DNA of 64,000 nucleotides, taken from an uncultured Haloferula sp. (GTDB lineage Bacteria > Verrucomicrobiota > Verrucomicrobiia > Verrucomicrobiales > Akkermansiaceae). The stretch is from positions 45,794-109,793 of the forward strand of contig CBFGTS010000014.1 of assembly GCA_965652295.1 (NCBI GenBank), read 5' to 3'. A program made the translations under genes and the position numbers. This document shows, piece by piece, positions 1-10,002 of the stretch. Below the pieces are notes generated by a model. That model ran no database searches and was not told the DNA's origin. It saw only the letters and a list, made by a program, of their open reading frames with translations. The stretch's first letter is position 1, and every line of letters starts with the position of its first letter.

Positions 1-670
1 CCGCGCCCGCTCGGTGCTCGACTCGGTCTTCGCCCGCGTCGCCCAGGACCGCCTGCACACCACCGTCATCGCCGTCTACAACGGCGCCAAACCCGTCGTC
101 GAGGAAACCCGCGACATGGAGGTCATCCACAATCTCCTCAGCGACCTGCCGATGCACTACGCCTTTCCTTCAGGAAAAACCAAGCTCCTCGACGGCCTCG
201 CCACTGCCGCGGAGATCGCGAAAAAATGGCCCCGCGGATCCGCCACACTGGTGCTGGTGAGCGATGGCGACTCCGTCCCGCCCACCGGAATGTCGAAGAT
301 GCCGCCATCGGTCGGCGGCGTGCTGGTGATCGGGGTGGGCGACCCTTTGAAAGGCAGCTTTATCGACGGCCGGAACTCCCGCCAGGACGCCGCCACCCTG
401 CGCCAGATCGCCACACGGCTCGGCGGCCAGTACCACGACGCCAACCAGAAATTCGTCCCTACCGCCACCCTCACCCGCCTCGGCACGCTCGACACCACCG
501 ATCCCGACCACCAGCTGGGACGTCGCGAGTGGGCCCTGCTCGCCACATCCATCGGAGCGCTGGTGTTGGCGCTGCTTCCCATCTCCCTGCTCCTCTTCGG
601 CTCCCGCTTCCACCCCGGCCCGGCCAAGCACCGGTGGCGCCTGCCGCCCGTCTCCCCAGTTAGAACCTGA
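1..670 (+). CDS. VWA-domain membrane protein (BatA/BatB-like), 5' end outside the window
   Basis: ORF open from the window edge; VWA-type 'LVLVSDG' and 'VLVIGVG' strands, 'LRQIATRLGGQY' motif, C-terminal hydrophobic helix. Confidence 0.75.
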   Translation, partial: RARSVLDSVFARVAQDRLHTTVIAVYNGAKPVVEETRDMEVIHNLLSDLPMHYAFPSGKTKLLDGLATAAEIAKKWPRGSATLVLVSDGDSVPPTGMSKMPPSVGGVLVIGVGDPLKGSFIDGRNSRQDAATLRQIATRLGGQYHDANQKFVPTATLTRLGTLDTTDPDHQLGRREWALLATSIGALVLALLPISLLLFGSRFHPGPAKHRWRLPPVSPVRT

Positions 671-724
671 CCCTTCACTTCGGATTTTCCACCGCCTGCC
701 AATTCTGCCAACCTGCCCGTCATC

Positions 725-1420
725 ATGAGAATTCTATTCATCGCCCTATGGTGTCTCCTGCCCCTCGGTCTCGTCGCCTTCCACTACGGTCCCGGCCAGG
801 AAAAGATGGCACTCGACCTCTCCGGTGCCGCCCTCGACCGCGCCCGTGTCCACCTCGACGCCAGCGCATGGGATGCGGCCATCCCCGAACTTGAGACCGC
901 CCTCGCCACCTTACCGAAGGATCATGACTCCGAGGCCAAACGCATCACACTCGAACTTCTCAAGGCCCGCATGATGACCGGCGGGCTTCCCGAAGCCCGG
1001 GCAGAACTCGAGTCCTTGCTTTCCCAGATCGATGCCGATGCCGATCCCCAACTGCACTCGGACGCACTGGAAGCCCTGGCCACCGCGCGTTTCCACATGA
1101 CCTATCTCATGAAGCTCGAAGGCCTGCCCGAGACCGAATGGGGTCCGGAAATCGACGCCGCACGCCAGGAGCAGAAACTCCTGCTGCAACGCGCCGCTTC
1201 CTCGACCGAAGCCGCGCGGCATGCCGACGGACTTGAGGCGGCCATCAAGCTCGCCCGCATGGACCCCGCCGATCTCTATGGAAAGGCGATCCCGAAGCAG
1301 TGCCAGGGCTGTTGCTCGGGCAAATGCAACAAGCCCGGCAAGAAGCCGGCGATGAAGGGAAAGCCCAAGGATGCCCGCGACGCTTCATCGGGGCCGCCGA
1401 TCGATGGCGAAGGCTCCTGA
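725..1420 (+). CDS. Hypothetical helical (TPR-like) membrane-anchored protein with Cys-rich C-terminal tail
   Basis: 231 aa, N-terminal hydrophobic segment, Ala/Leu-rich helices, tail CQGCCSGKC; co-oriented with VWA gene. Confidence 0.65.
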   Translation: MRILFIALWCLLPLGLVAFHYGPGQEKMALDLSGAALDRARVHLDASAWDAAIPELETALATLPKDHDSEAKRITLELLKARMMTGGLPEARAELESLLSQIDADADPQLHSDALEALATARFHMTYLMKLEGLPETEWGPEIDAARQEQKLLLQRAASSTEAARHADGLEAAIKLARMDPADLYGKAIPKQCQGCCSGKCNKPGKKPAMKGKPKDARDASSGPPIDGEGS

Positions 1421-1447
1421 TTTCCACTCCAACCACTTCTCTCCCAC

Positions 1448-4400
1448 ATGCGCATTCCGATCCTCACCTTGGCGGCGTTTCCGCTTCTCTTCGGCACCCT
1501 TCCGGCCGCCGAACAGATCGACATCAACCAGCTCCGGCAGCTTCTCCAAGGCGACGAGAAAAAGGAGAAAACCCCGGAAGAGATGCGGTCTGAAATGCTG
1601 ACGCAGCTTCAGTTCCACCGCTCTGCCACCGGCATCCTGGAAGCACGCCTTCAAGAAGCCCGTGAGAAGTCGGCGGACGCCGAACCGCATGAACTGCAGG
1701 GCGAGGAGAAGATCAAGGCCGAGGTCGCCCAGCTGGCCCGCCACGTGACGCTTTCGCACTGGGACGAGGTGCGCGAATACCTCGCCAACCTGCCGCCGGA
1801 CGTAGCCACCCAGGCCTATCAGGCCATCCTTTCAAAACTCGCCCAGCCGGTTCCCGTCAGCCCCTCCGAGGAACTCAAGACAGGGGGTGCCAAGCCCTAC
1901 ACCCAGAAGCCCTTCCTCCCGCCGGCCGATTTCCTCGGCCTGCTGGCTGCCGCGCCGAAGGAGCCGGACCAGAAGACCCTCGCTCTGCTGGCCAAGATCC
2001 TCCCGAAATCGCCGCGACCGCCGGCGTCGTTTTTCCAGGCGATCGAGTCCGGCGTCCCGCACCTGGGAGGAGCAGACCCATCCGACCGCCAGCGCGCCGC
2101 CGAGCTTTATCTCGAAGCCGGACTCACCGAAGAGGCCGGACCGTTTCTGCCCGCAGTCGCGGAAGCCCGGGAGGAGTCCAACCATCACGCCCTGAACCTG
2201 ATCGCCCGCCACCACGCCGAGATGTGGCGGAAGGACCGGGAGAAGGCCGACGAAGCTGCCCTGAAGACGGCCTGGGAGATCTCGACTTCCTTCCTTTCCG
2301 ATGAAAAAGCCCCGCCGCCCGAACGTGCCGAGGCCCTGTTCCGTGCGCTGTCGTTGATCCCCGAGCTGGAAGGAAAAGCCGGAGAGGACTGGCTGGCCGT
2401 CACGTTCGGCGGCGACTCGAACGAGGGGCTCGAGATCCTCGCCACGCTGGGAACGCTGACCGATCAATCGCGTGAAAATCCCGATGCCGATGAGCGGCTC
2501 AACCTGCTCAAGCTCCAGCACGATTCGGTGGCCACCCTCCTCTCGGCTCCCGGAGTCGAGCCGGAGACATGGGCTCCGATCCTCACCCTTTTCGCACGTC
2601 AGTGGGTTCATGAGGCCGACATCACCCGCCAGAAGGACGAGAGCGAAAGCCGCCGCAGGGTGCCTCAGTACGACGACTATGGTAACGTCTTTTTCGTCCG
2701 CCCGACGGCCCACTACAGCGGCAATGGAACGCGCCCCATCGCGACCGCTTCGATGATTGAGGTCGCCCCGGATGAGGCTTGGCTATCCCACGTCGAGCCG
2801 ACCGTACGGGTCGAAGCGCTGCAACGCGCCGCCCGGCTTTTCCTCAAAGTGAAGGAGGAAGGAAACGCCCTGCCCCTCGTCGCCGAACTCGCCACCACCC
2901 ATCGCGACATGGCCGTCGATCTCGTGCGTGAAACAATCCGCGTCTGGGCCGACAACCACAACCCGAACGACGAGCAGAACTACCGCTCCCAGTATTTCTA
3001 CTACTACGGCTTCAACAACCGCGCGGAATCGATCCCGCTCACCCGCTCGAAGCAGGAGCGGAATCTGGTGGAACTCGCCGCCTTGGTCGAAAACATCCGC
3101 GCCTTGGAGATCGACGAGGATTTCAGCGAGGAACTCGCCGACGCCTTCATTTCCTCCCACAGCCAAGCGGAGGTCTGGCGCGTCGAGGCGATCGAAAGCG
3201 TCTTCGGCAAGAGCGACCAGCTCGGTGCTCCGGTCACCGCCGCCTTGGTCGAGCGCATGCGCCTCAACCTTTGCAAGCTCTGGCCGAACCCGAAACTCCA
3301 GCAGGCCTACAAGACCCAGCGCAAGGACAAGGAACTCCAGGAGCAGATCTTCCACGGCTACGCCGCCGCCATCGAGCTGGTGGAAAAGGCGCTCGCCAGG
3401 AAGCCGGAAGACCCCTGGCGGCTCCAGCTCCAGCTCGCCGCGCTCCAATACGAGGAGAGCAACTACCGCTCCTCCATCCAGCCGAAGAACGACCACGTGC
3501 AGATCGTCCGCGCGTCGCTCGACCAACTCGCCGCCGCCGCTGACGCCTACATCGCCACCCTGCCCCGGCCGCAGAAAGAGGAAAGCACCTCGGTGTTCGA
3601 AACCTGGTTTTTCGCCGCGCTCGGCTCGACCTCCCTCGAATCCCTGAAGGCCCACCATCCGAACCAACCGGGCGAGATCCCCAGGATCAAGGCGGCGCTG
3701 GCGAAGGTGCCGGAGGAATCGCGCGCGCGCCACCTCAAGGCCTTCGCCACCATCCTCAACAACCGTCTGGCCAACGTCTCGCCGGACCTCAAGCTACGCT
3801 ACCTCGACGCCGCCGCGCCGATCGCCGGTGAGGAAGAAACCTTCCGCGACGCCGCCGATGTGCTGGCTTACTACCGCGATCTGGTCACCGAGATCGAACT
3901 TTCCGCCACGCTCGACGGACCCGACACCGTCGCTGCCGACTCGCCCTTCGGTCTCAAGATCAACCTCCGGCACACCCGCGAAATCGAGCGCGAGGCCGGC
4001 GGCTTCCAGCGCTACCTCCAGAACCAGACCGGTGCGCAGTATGCCTACAACTACGGTCGCCCGCCGGAGGACTACCGCGACAAATTCGAGAAAGCCGCGG
4101 TCGCGGCGCTGTCCGAGACTTTCGAGGTGATTTCCGTGACCTTCCACTCCGACAAGGTCGAGTCGCGCACCGACCCCGAGTTCGGCTGGCGCATGACGCC
4201 CTACGCCTACCTGTTGCTCCAACCGAAGGGCCCGCAGATCGACCGCATTCCCCCCTTGTCGATCGACCTCGATTTCCAGGACACCTCCGGCTACGTCGTC
4301 CTGCCCGTCACCTCGGCGGAAATCCCCATCGATGCCTCCGGCAAAGCAGCCCTGCGGCCGGTCCGCAACCTGCGCCTGACCGAGAACCTCGACACCCGCA

Positions 4401-5056
4401 GCGAGCAGGAAAAAGGCAGCGTCTTCCTCGAAATCCGAGCCACCGGGGAAGGCCTCGTGCCGGATCTCGACCAGCTCGTTTCCCTGCCCGTGAAGGGATT
4501 CGAAACCGGGGCCATCGAGGACCGCAAGCTTCAGGTGAACGAACTCGACGCCAACAGCGACGACCTCGCACCGCTGACCGAGCACGAGTGGCGGATCGAG
4601 TTGAAACCGACCGGCGGCATCATGCCCGCGAGCTTCCGTTTTCCCGAGCCCAAGGTCGAACTCGCCGCCGAGGACGGCCTGACCCGCCAGCTCTATGACG
4701 ACGTCGACCTCCAACCGGTCGGTGCCGAGGTGCCTCTCGGCGCCCCCGTCCGCCGCATCTGGCCGGCCGTGGTGGCTCTCGCCCTGCTGGTCGCACTCGC
4801 GGCCATCTACTATTTCCGCCGTAAAAAACCGGTCGTCGAGGCGGCACCGGTGCTGCCTCTGCCATCGCAGCTCACGCCGGTCACCCTTCTCGGCTGGCTC
4901 GAACGGCTCAAAACGCAGCCCGGCCTCCCGCCCGAGTTGCGACGCTCGCTGGAAAAGGAAATCCGCGAACTGGAGTCCCGCTATTTCGGCCCCGAGGTCG
5001 GGATGCAGGACCCGGAGCCCCTCGAGGCCATCGCCCGCCGCTGGCAGGCAGCCTGA
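1448..5056 (+). CDS. Large exported protein, helical N-terminal part, BatD-like beta-rich C-terminal part and TM anchor
   Basis: 1202-aa ORF with signal peptide, host-like codon usage, TM segment 'IWPAVVALALLVALAAIYYF' followed by RRKK. Confidence 0.7.
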   Translation: MRIPILTLAAFPLLFGTLPAAEQIDINQLRQLLQGDEKKEKTPEEMRSEMLTQLQFHRSATGILEARLQEAREKSADAEPHELQGEEKIKAEVAQLARHVTLSHWDEVREYLANLPPDVATQAYQAILSKLAQPVPVSPSEELKTGGAKPYTQKPFLPPADFLGLLAAAPKEPDQKTLALLAKILPKSPRPPASFFQAIESGVPHLGGADPSDRQRAAELYLEAGLTEEAGPFLPAVAEAREESNHHALNLIARHHAEMWRKDREKADEAALKTAWEISTSFLSDEKAPPPERAEALFRALSLIPELEGKAGEDWLAVTFGGDSNEGLEILATLGTLTDQSRENPDADERLNLLKLQHDSVATLLSAPGVEPETWAPILTLFARQWVHEADITRQKDESESRRRVPQYDDYGNVFFVRPTAHYSGNGTRPIATASMIEVAPDEAWLSHVEPTVRVEALQRAARLFLKVKEEGNALPLVAELATTHRDMAVDLVRETIRVWADNHNPNDEQNYRSQYFYYYGFNNRAESIPLTRSKQERNLVELAALVENIRALEIDEDFSEELADAFISSHSQAEVWRVEAIESVFGKSDQLGAPVTAALVERMRLNLCKLWPNPKLQQAYKTQRKDKELQEQIFHGYAAAIELVEKALARKPEDPWRLQLQLAALQYEESNYRSSIQPKNDHVQIVRASLDQLAAAADAYIATLPRPQKEESTSVFETWFFAALGSTSLESLKAHHPNQPGEIPRIKAALAKVPEESRARHLKAFATILNNRLANVSPDLKLRYLDAAAPIAGEEETFRDAADVLAYYRDLVTEIELSATLDGPDTVAADSPFGLKINLRHTREIEREAGGFQRYLQNQTGAQYAYNYGRPPEDYRDKFEKAAVAALSETFEVISVTFHSDKVESRTDPEFGWRMTPYAYLLLQPKGPQIDRIPPLSIDLDFQDTSGYVVLPVTSAEIPIDASGKAALRPVRNLRLTENLDTRSEQEKGSVFLEIRATGEGLVPDLDQLVSLPVKGFETGAIEDRKLQVNELDANSDDLAPLTEHEWRIELKPTGGIMPASFRFPEPKVELAAEDGLTRQLYDDVDLQPVGAEVPLGAPVRRIWPAVVALALLVALAAIYYFRRKKPVVEAAPVLPLPSQLTPVTLLGWLERLKTQPGLPPELRRSLEKEIRELESRYFGPEVGMQDPEPLEAIARRWQAA

Positions 5057-5186
5057 AGTCTCCTCCCACGACTCCGGCTGGCTGCCGGCCACGGTTTTAC
5101 GCACGATTTGAAGGACTGGAGCCGCTTCCCGGGTTGAGGCCGTCCCCGGCTTGCCAACCCGGTACCCCTGGCCTCATCTTCCCGCC

Positions 5187-7571
5187 ATGCGCCGCCTTCT
5201 CGCCCTCGCCCTGCTCGTCCCCCTCCCCGGGGCCGCCCAGGATGCTCCGCGCGCCATCCCCGTGGATCCCACCCTTGAGCAGGATCCCGCGCAGGACTGG
5301 TTCCAGCACGGGCGGAATGTCTACGAGTCCGCCAAACGGGCCAGCGGCCAGACCCAGTTCGAGCTCTACGGTCGCTCGGCGGAGATCTTCACCGAGTATC
5401 TGAACCATCACCCCAACCACGAGAACGCCGAGGCGGCTTGGTGGTATCTCGGTCAGTCCTTCTACAACACCGGCCGGGTCGACGACGCCAAACGCTCCTT
5501 TCACACGCTGCTCAACCGCTTCGGCAAAGGGCGCTACGCCGCGGCCGCCGCCTACACGCTCGCCGCCGACCATTTCAACAACCGGCAGTATGCGCTCGCG
5601 GCCACGCTTTTCGAAAAACTCGCCTCGATCGCCGCCAAGCCCGCCGACCGCCTGCGCGGCCACTACTACGCCGGGAAGAGCTATGAGCTGCTCGGCCAGG
5701 CACGTCCCGCCGCCCGCCACTTCAAGGCGGTCATCGACGATCAGGATCCGAACAACGTCTACAAAACCAAGGCCGCGCTCGACTACGGCCGGATCCTCGC
5801 CGCAGAGGGCAAGAACGAGGAGGCGCTGGCGCTTTTCGACGAAGTCGTCCGCTCAAAGGTCGAGGATGCCGAAACCCGGGGCGAAGCCGCTCTGGTCGCC
5901 GGCGCGACCGCCGCGAAGCTCGGCGAGTTCGATCGCTCGGAAGACTACTTCCAGCTCATTCTCCGCACCCCGGGCATGGAGGAGCAGCGCCCCTTCGCCC
6001 AGACCGCGATGATGGCCTCCCACTTCGAGCAGAAGAACTACAAGGCGGTCGTCGACATCTTCCGCAGCAGCGCGATCAGCGCCGAGGGCGAAAACGAAGC
6101 CCGCCGCCTGATGCTCGCCGCCCGCGCCTACATGATGCTCGACCGCAATGCGGACGCGGTGCCTCTCTTCCGCCAGGTCGAGCGCATGGAACCGCCGGCC
6201 TCGCAACGCGCCTTCGATGCCGCCTACTACCGGCTGCTTTGCTTCTACCGCATCGAGGGCCGCCACGTGCTCGAACAGGTCGATGCCTTTCTCCAGCTCT
6301 ACAGCCAGACCTTCACCAAGGACCCGAAAATCCACACCGCCCGGCTGATGAAAGCGGAAACGCTTTTCGCGGAAGGCAAGGTCGAGGACGCGGCCGGCGT
6401 CTACCGCGAGATCGACGGCAGCATGCTTTCGGAGAAAAACCGCCGCGGTCTCGATTTCCAGCGCGGCCGCTGTCTTTTCGAGGCCGGGGACTTCGCCGGT
6501 GCGATCGAATCCCTGGGAAGCTTCATCGCCGATCACCCCGATGATTCCCGCCTTCCGCTGGCTCGCGCCACCCGCGGCCGGGCCCTTACCCGGACCGGTT
6601 CCGACGAACGGGCCCTGAAGGACTTCCTCGCCGTGATCTCCAGCGCGGAGGACCGCAGCCTGCTCACCATTTCCTACCTCGAAGCGGCGGAGATCCACAA
6701 ACGCCAGAGCAACTTGAAGGAGATGGTCGCTCTCTTCCAGCGCTTCCTTGAGGCCAAGGTCACCACCGATCCGGAATCGATCGCCAAAGCCTGCTACTGG
6801 ACCGGCTGGGGCATGGTGAAAAACGGCAATGGCAGCGAGGCCATCGACTATCTCAACCGCGCCCGCGACCTCGCGCCGAAGCGCTACACCAAGCACGCCG
6901 GCCTGCTCCTCTGCCTCGTTCACCTTTCGGAAAAGAACCACCATGCCCTCATCCCCGAAGTCGGCAAGGCGATCGAGGATGGCTACGCGATCGATCTCCC
7001 CGAGCCGCTCATCCGCTGGGCCGCCGACCAGGCCTTCAACAGCGGCGATTTCCTCAATGCGGCGCGCTTTTACGATCTCATCGCCGATGGCGAGAACCCC
7101 GAACTCGCGCCGAAGGAAGTCTGGCGTTTCCTCGGCAAGGCACGCCTTCGTTCCGGAGATCCCGCCGGTGCCCTGATCGCGGTGAACCACGCTCTCGACG
7201 CCGAGGAAGACCCCGCGTGGAAGGCCGACGGCCTGGCGGACATCGCCGCCGCCCACCTGAAACTCGGCGAGCTCGACAAGGCGACGAAAGCCGTCGAGGA
7301 AGGCCTCGCCCTGCGTCCGGAAGGCCGCACCGGCGCCTGGCTCAACCTCGTGCGGGGCGACATCTACCTGGCGGAAAAGCAACCGCAGGAAGCCGTGCGG
7401 GCCTATATCCTCCCGGTGCAGTTGATGGACGACGACGATCAGGTCGTCAAACCCCTCGCCTACCACAAGCTCATCCAAGCACTCAAGGCTGCCGGCAACA
7501 CCGCGGACGCCGCGAAATACGAGCAGGAACTCAAACGGAAGTATCCGAACTGGACTCCGCCAGCCGAATAG
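5187..7571 (+). CDS. Exported tetratricopeptide-repeat protein
   Basis: ATG at 5187 gives signal peptide MRRLLALALLV; repeated TPR-like motifs (AWWYLGQSFY, HYYAGKSYELLG, ACYWTGWG). Confidence 0.8.
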   Translation: MRRLLALALLVPLPGAAQDAPRAIPVDPTLEQDPAQDWFQHGRNVYESAKRASGQTQFELYGRSAEIFTEYLNHHPNHENAEAAWWYLGQSFYNTGRVDDAKRSFHTLLNRFGKGRYAAAAAYTLAADHFNNRQYALAATLFEKLASIAAKPADRLRGHYYAGKSYELLGQARPAARHFKAVIDDQDPNNVYKTKAALDYGRILAAEGKNEEALALFDEVVRSKVEDAETRGEAALVAGATAAKLGEFDRSEDYFQLILRTPGMEEQRPFAQTAMMASHFEQKNYKAVVDIFRSSAISAEGENEARRLMLAARAYMMLDRNADAVPLFRQVERMEPPASQRAFDAAYYRLLCFYRIEGRHVLEQVDAFLQLYSQTFTKDPKIHTARLMKAETLFAEGKVEDAAGVYREIDGSMLSEKNRRGLDFQRGRCLFEAGDFAGAIESLGSFIADHPDDSRLPLARATRGRALTRTGSDERALKDFLAVISSAEDRSLLTISYLEAAEIHKRQSNLKEMVALFQRFLEAKVTTDPESIAKACYWTGWGMVKNGNGSEAIDYLNRARDLAPKRYTKHAGLLLCLVHLSEKNHHALIPEVGKAIEDGYAIDLPEPLIRWAADQAFNSGDFLNAARFYDLIADGENPELAPKEVWRFLGKARLRSGDPAGALIAVNHALDAEEDPAWKADGLADIAAAHLKLGELDKATKAVEEGLALRPEGRTGAWLNLVRGDIYLAEKQPQEAVRAYILPVQLMDDDDQVVKPLAYHKLIQALKAAGNTADAAKYEQELKRKYPNWTPPAE

Positions 7572-7624
7572 GCGGAGCGCCGCACCGATGATGATCCCGG
7601 CCTCGGTGAGGCCGGCGGGTGGCC

Positions 7625-8725
7625 TCAGTCCAGGCAATCCACCAGCGCCGCCAGCACCAGGTCGACATTCGCCTGGGTCGCGGCGTGCCCCATGAGGCCG
7701 ATCCGCCACGCCTTGCCCGCAAAGGGACCGAGCCCGGCACCGATCTCGATGTTGTAGGTATCCAGCAGCCTCGCCCGCACCGCGGCATCGTCCGCCCCTT
7801 CAGGAACGCGCACGCAGTTCAAGGTATGCAGCGAGTTTTCCGGGATGTACGAGAGGCCCAGTTCCTCCAGCCCGGCGCGCAGCCGGCGGTGAAGCAGGGC
7901 GTGGCGGTCCCAGCGTGCCTCCAGGCCCTCCTCCAGCACGATCGAGAGCGCCTCGTGGAGCGCGTACACCATGTTCACCGGAGCGGTGTGATGATAGGCC
8001 CGCTTTCCCTTGCCGGAGTAGTAGTCCCTCAGCAGCGAGACATCGAAATACCAGCTCTGCGGCTTCGATTTCCGGGCGTCGATCACATCGATCGCCGCCG
8101 GCGAGAACGACACCGGCGACAAGCCCGGCGGGCACGAAAGACATTTCTGCGTGCCGGAAAAAACCGCGTCGATGTTCCACTCGTCCACCTTCACCGGATG
8201 TCCCGCCAGCGAACTCACGGCATCGACCACCAGCATGATGCCCTCTTCATGGACGATCTTGGAAATGCCCTCCAGCGGCTGGTGCGCGCCGGTCGAAGTC
8301 TCCGCGTGGACGATCGCCAGCGCCTTCGCCTTCGGCCGCCGCTGCACCTCCTCGGCGATCATCTCGTCGCTGAAGATCTCCCCCCACTCGACCTCGAGCT
8401 TGTGAACCACCACGCCCGCGCGCTCCATCACGTCCGCCATCCGCTCCCCGAACAGGCCGTTGACGCAGACGATCGCTTCGTCACCGGGTTCCATGAGATT
8501 GGTCACCACGCACTCCATCCCCGCCATGCCGGTCCCTGACACGGGAAAGGTCAGCTTGTTTTCCGTCATGAATACCTCGCGCAACTTCGCGCAGGTCTCG
8601 TCCATGATCTCGATGTACCGCGGATCGAGGTGGCCCAGGGTCGGTGCACCCAGAGCACGAAGGACACGCTGCGACACGGTGCTCGGGCCGGGGCCCATCA
8701 GGATGCGTTCGGGAAAGGCGGTCAT
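7625..8725 (-). CDS. Alanine-glyoxylate / serine-pyruvate aminotransferase family (class V PLP enzyme)
   Basis: Motifs MGPGPS, HAETSTG, VDAVSSL, SGTQKCLSCPPG (PLP lysine), WRIGLMG. Confidence 0.92.
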   Translation of the reverse strand: MTAFPERILMGPGPSTVSQRVLRALGAPTLGHLDPRYIEIMDETCAKLREVFMTENKLTFPVSGTGMAGMECVVTNLMEPGDEAIVCVNGLFGERMADVMERAGVVVHKLEVEWGEIFSDEMIAEEVQRRPKAKALAIVHAETSTGAHQPLEGISKIVHEEGIMLVVDAVSSLAGHPVKVDEWNIDAVFSGTQKCLSCPPGLSPVSFSPAAIDVIDARKSKPQSWYFDVSLLRDYYSGKGKRAYHHTAPVNMVYALHEALSIVLEEGLEARWDRHALLHRRLRAGLEELGLSYIPENSLHTLNCVRVPEGADDAAVRARLLDTYNIEIGAGLGPFAGKAWRIGLMGHAATQANVDLVLAALVDCLD

Positions 8726-8894
8726 GAAAGTTGCGGTTAGGAGGCTTGCGCGTCGAACTCATCGCAAAAGACGCACGCCGTCAATTCCGCGAAAATTGGC
8801 TCTCCGTCAGATTTGCTGGTGGCTACCGGGCAGATTCCAACCTCCACCCGCGGGCTCAGCGATCGACAAACGGAGCGGCGAAACGCGTTCGCCG

Positions 8895-8919
8895 GTAGGG
8901 CCGAGCGGCCCGCTCGGCC
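8895..8919 (+). repeat. GTAG-type REP-like palindrome
   Basis: GTAG followed by a perfect hairpin GGCCGAGCG-GCC-CGCTCGGCC. Confidence 0.6.
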
Positions 8920-9047
8920 GACTCGTTTCGGACTCCCGGTCGCGCCCACCCTCCCGACCAGGGGAGGCAGCGTGTTGGGGTGCTAGATCGTGGATGATCG
9001 ATCGCAGATGGCAGATCAAGGATCGCGGACCGAAGGCTAACGGAGCC

Positions 9048-9083
9048 ACGGAGCGCCGATTATGAAATCGGCACCGCCTCACC
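9048..9083 (+). repeat. 36-bp dispersed palindromic repeat, copy 1
   Basis: ACGGAGCGCCGATTATGAAATCGGCACCGCCTCACC, identical to 63668-63703; internal stem GCCGATT/AATCGGC. Confidence 0.85.
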
Positions 9084-9525
9084 CCACAGGATCTCTGCCT
9101 CAAGGATAAACAGCTCCTCACCTCTCCCACCCCCCTGGGGTCACCCCCTCATCCGTTCTCGCCACAAGGCTTCGATGGCTCACAGGTGCAGAAGCATTCT
9201 TCTGGATACCGAGGCACTGAAAAAGACCGAGACCACCGGGTCCGGAAACCTCTCATCCTCCCTTTCTCCGTGCAGCTCCGTTTCTCGGTGATGGAAAAAG
9301 GCAACTTGGACCTCGGACGCCTGCATGAGGCCTCGGCCCTCGAAGATTCTACATGAACCCCTCGATCCGCGGCCACACCTCATCCGCATCCCGGCACGCT
9401 CGCTCCCCGCCTTGATCCCCTGCGACGATAGTTAGTGCCCGACTCCGCGGCACCCTCGACTCACCACCGGCGGAAGACTTCCAATATCTCCCCCAGCTTC
9501 CGCCCCCCGAAGCACACCTCCACGT

Positions 9526-9645
9526 CAGCCGAAAATTCTCGAACCACTCCAGCACCAGCAAAAAACCGGATCTATCTTGATCCGACAATCCACGAAACTC
9601 CGCAAGATCCTTTCTCCAGCACCAACGCGACTTCGAAGCGCGCAT
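9526..9645 (-). pseudogene. intI: 5' remnant (about 40 codons) of a probable integron integrase
   Basis: MRASKSRWCWRKDLAEFRGLSDQDRSGFLLVLEWFENFRL resembles, from recollection, the N-terminal extension of verrucomicrobial integron integrases; divergent from attI and cassette array in canonical integron geometry; no tyrosine-recombinase catalytic motifs remain. Confidence 0.55.
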
Positions 9646-9690
9646 GACTCGCGATCAAACACTTCCGATGATCCGGGTCAACCTTGAAGG

Positions 9691-9704
9691 TGTTCTTTAG
9701 AACG
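9691..9704. promoter_or_regulatory. Putative LexA (SOS) box upstream of the integrase remnant
   Basis: TGTTC-TTTA-GAACG, one mismatch to the Verrucomicrobia LexA motif TGTTC-N4-GAACA; 45 bp upstream of the ATG at 9645. Confidence 0.55.
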
Positions 9705-9946
9705 TCTTCATACCCGCCGAGGCACCCGACCGCCTCCGGGAAACTCCGCACGCCCGCAATCCGGCCCGCCGTACCGGAACCTGCCACGGTGTAGCGCAGC
9801 GGAGACGGGCTCCCGCGCAGTGATATCACCGCCGGCTGGCCACCCGGAAAGGCCCTCCCCGAACGGGCTGGATATCCGCACCCTCCGCGCAGAAAACCCT
9901 TGTTACTCAAAGGTTTTCCGCCAAATTCCCCTGAAAGGCTCTGGCG

Positions 9947-9987
9947 GATATCACCTCCGGAGACACTACGAATAAAAACTGTTCGCG
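9947..9987 (+). other. Putative attI site (core GTTCGCG at 9981-9987)
   Basis: A-rich stretch followed by G/TTCGCG, 15 bp before the first cassette ATG; exact reverse complement of the R'' box CGCGAAC of the first attC; no attC hairpin upstream. Confidence 0.65.
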
Positions 9988-10002
9988 GAAGAAATTAAGA
10001 CC

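Noticed and set aside
9048..9083. 36-bp palindrome as a CRISPR repeat
   Set aside because: Two isolated copies 54.6 kb apart, no repeat-spacer periodicity
9461..9526. Short frame DVEVCFGGRKLGEILEVFRRW as the integrase C-terminal tail
   Set aside because: Plausible for an internal deletion, but no diagnostic motif remains; cannot be supported without alignment
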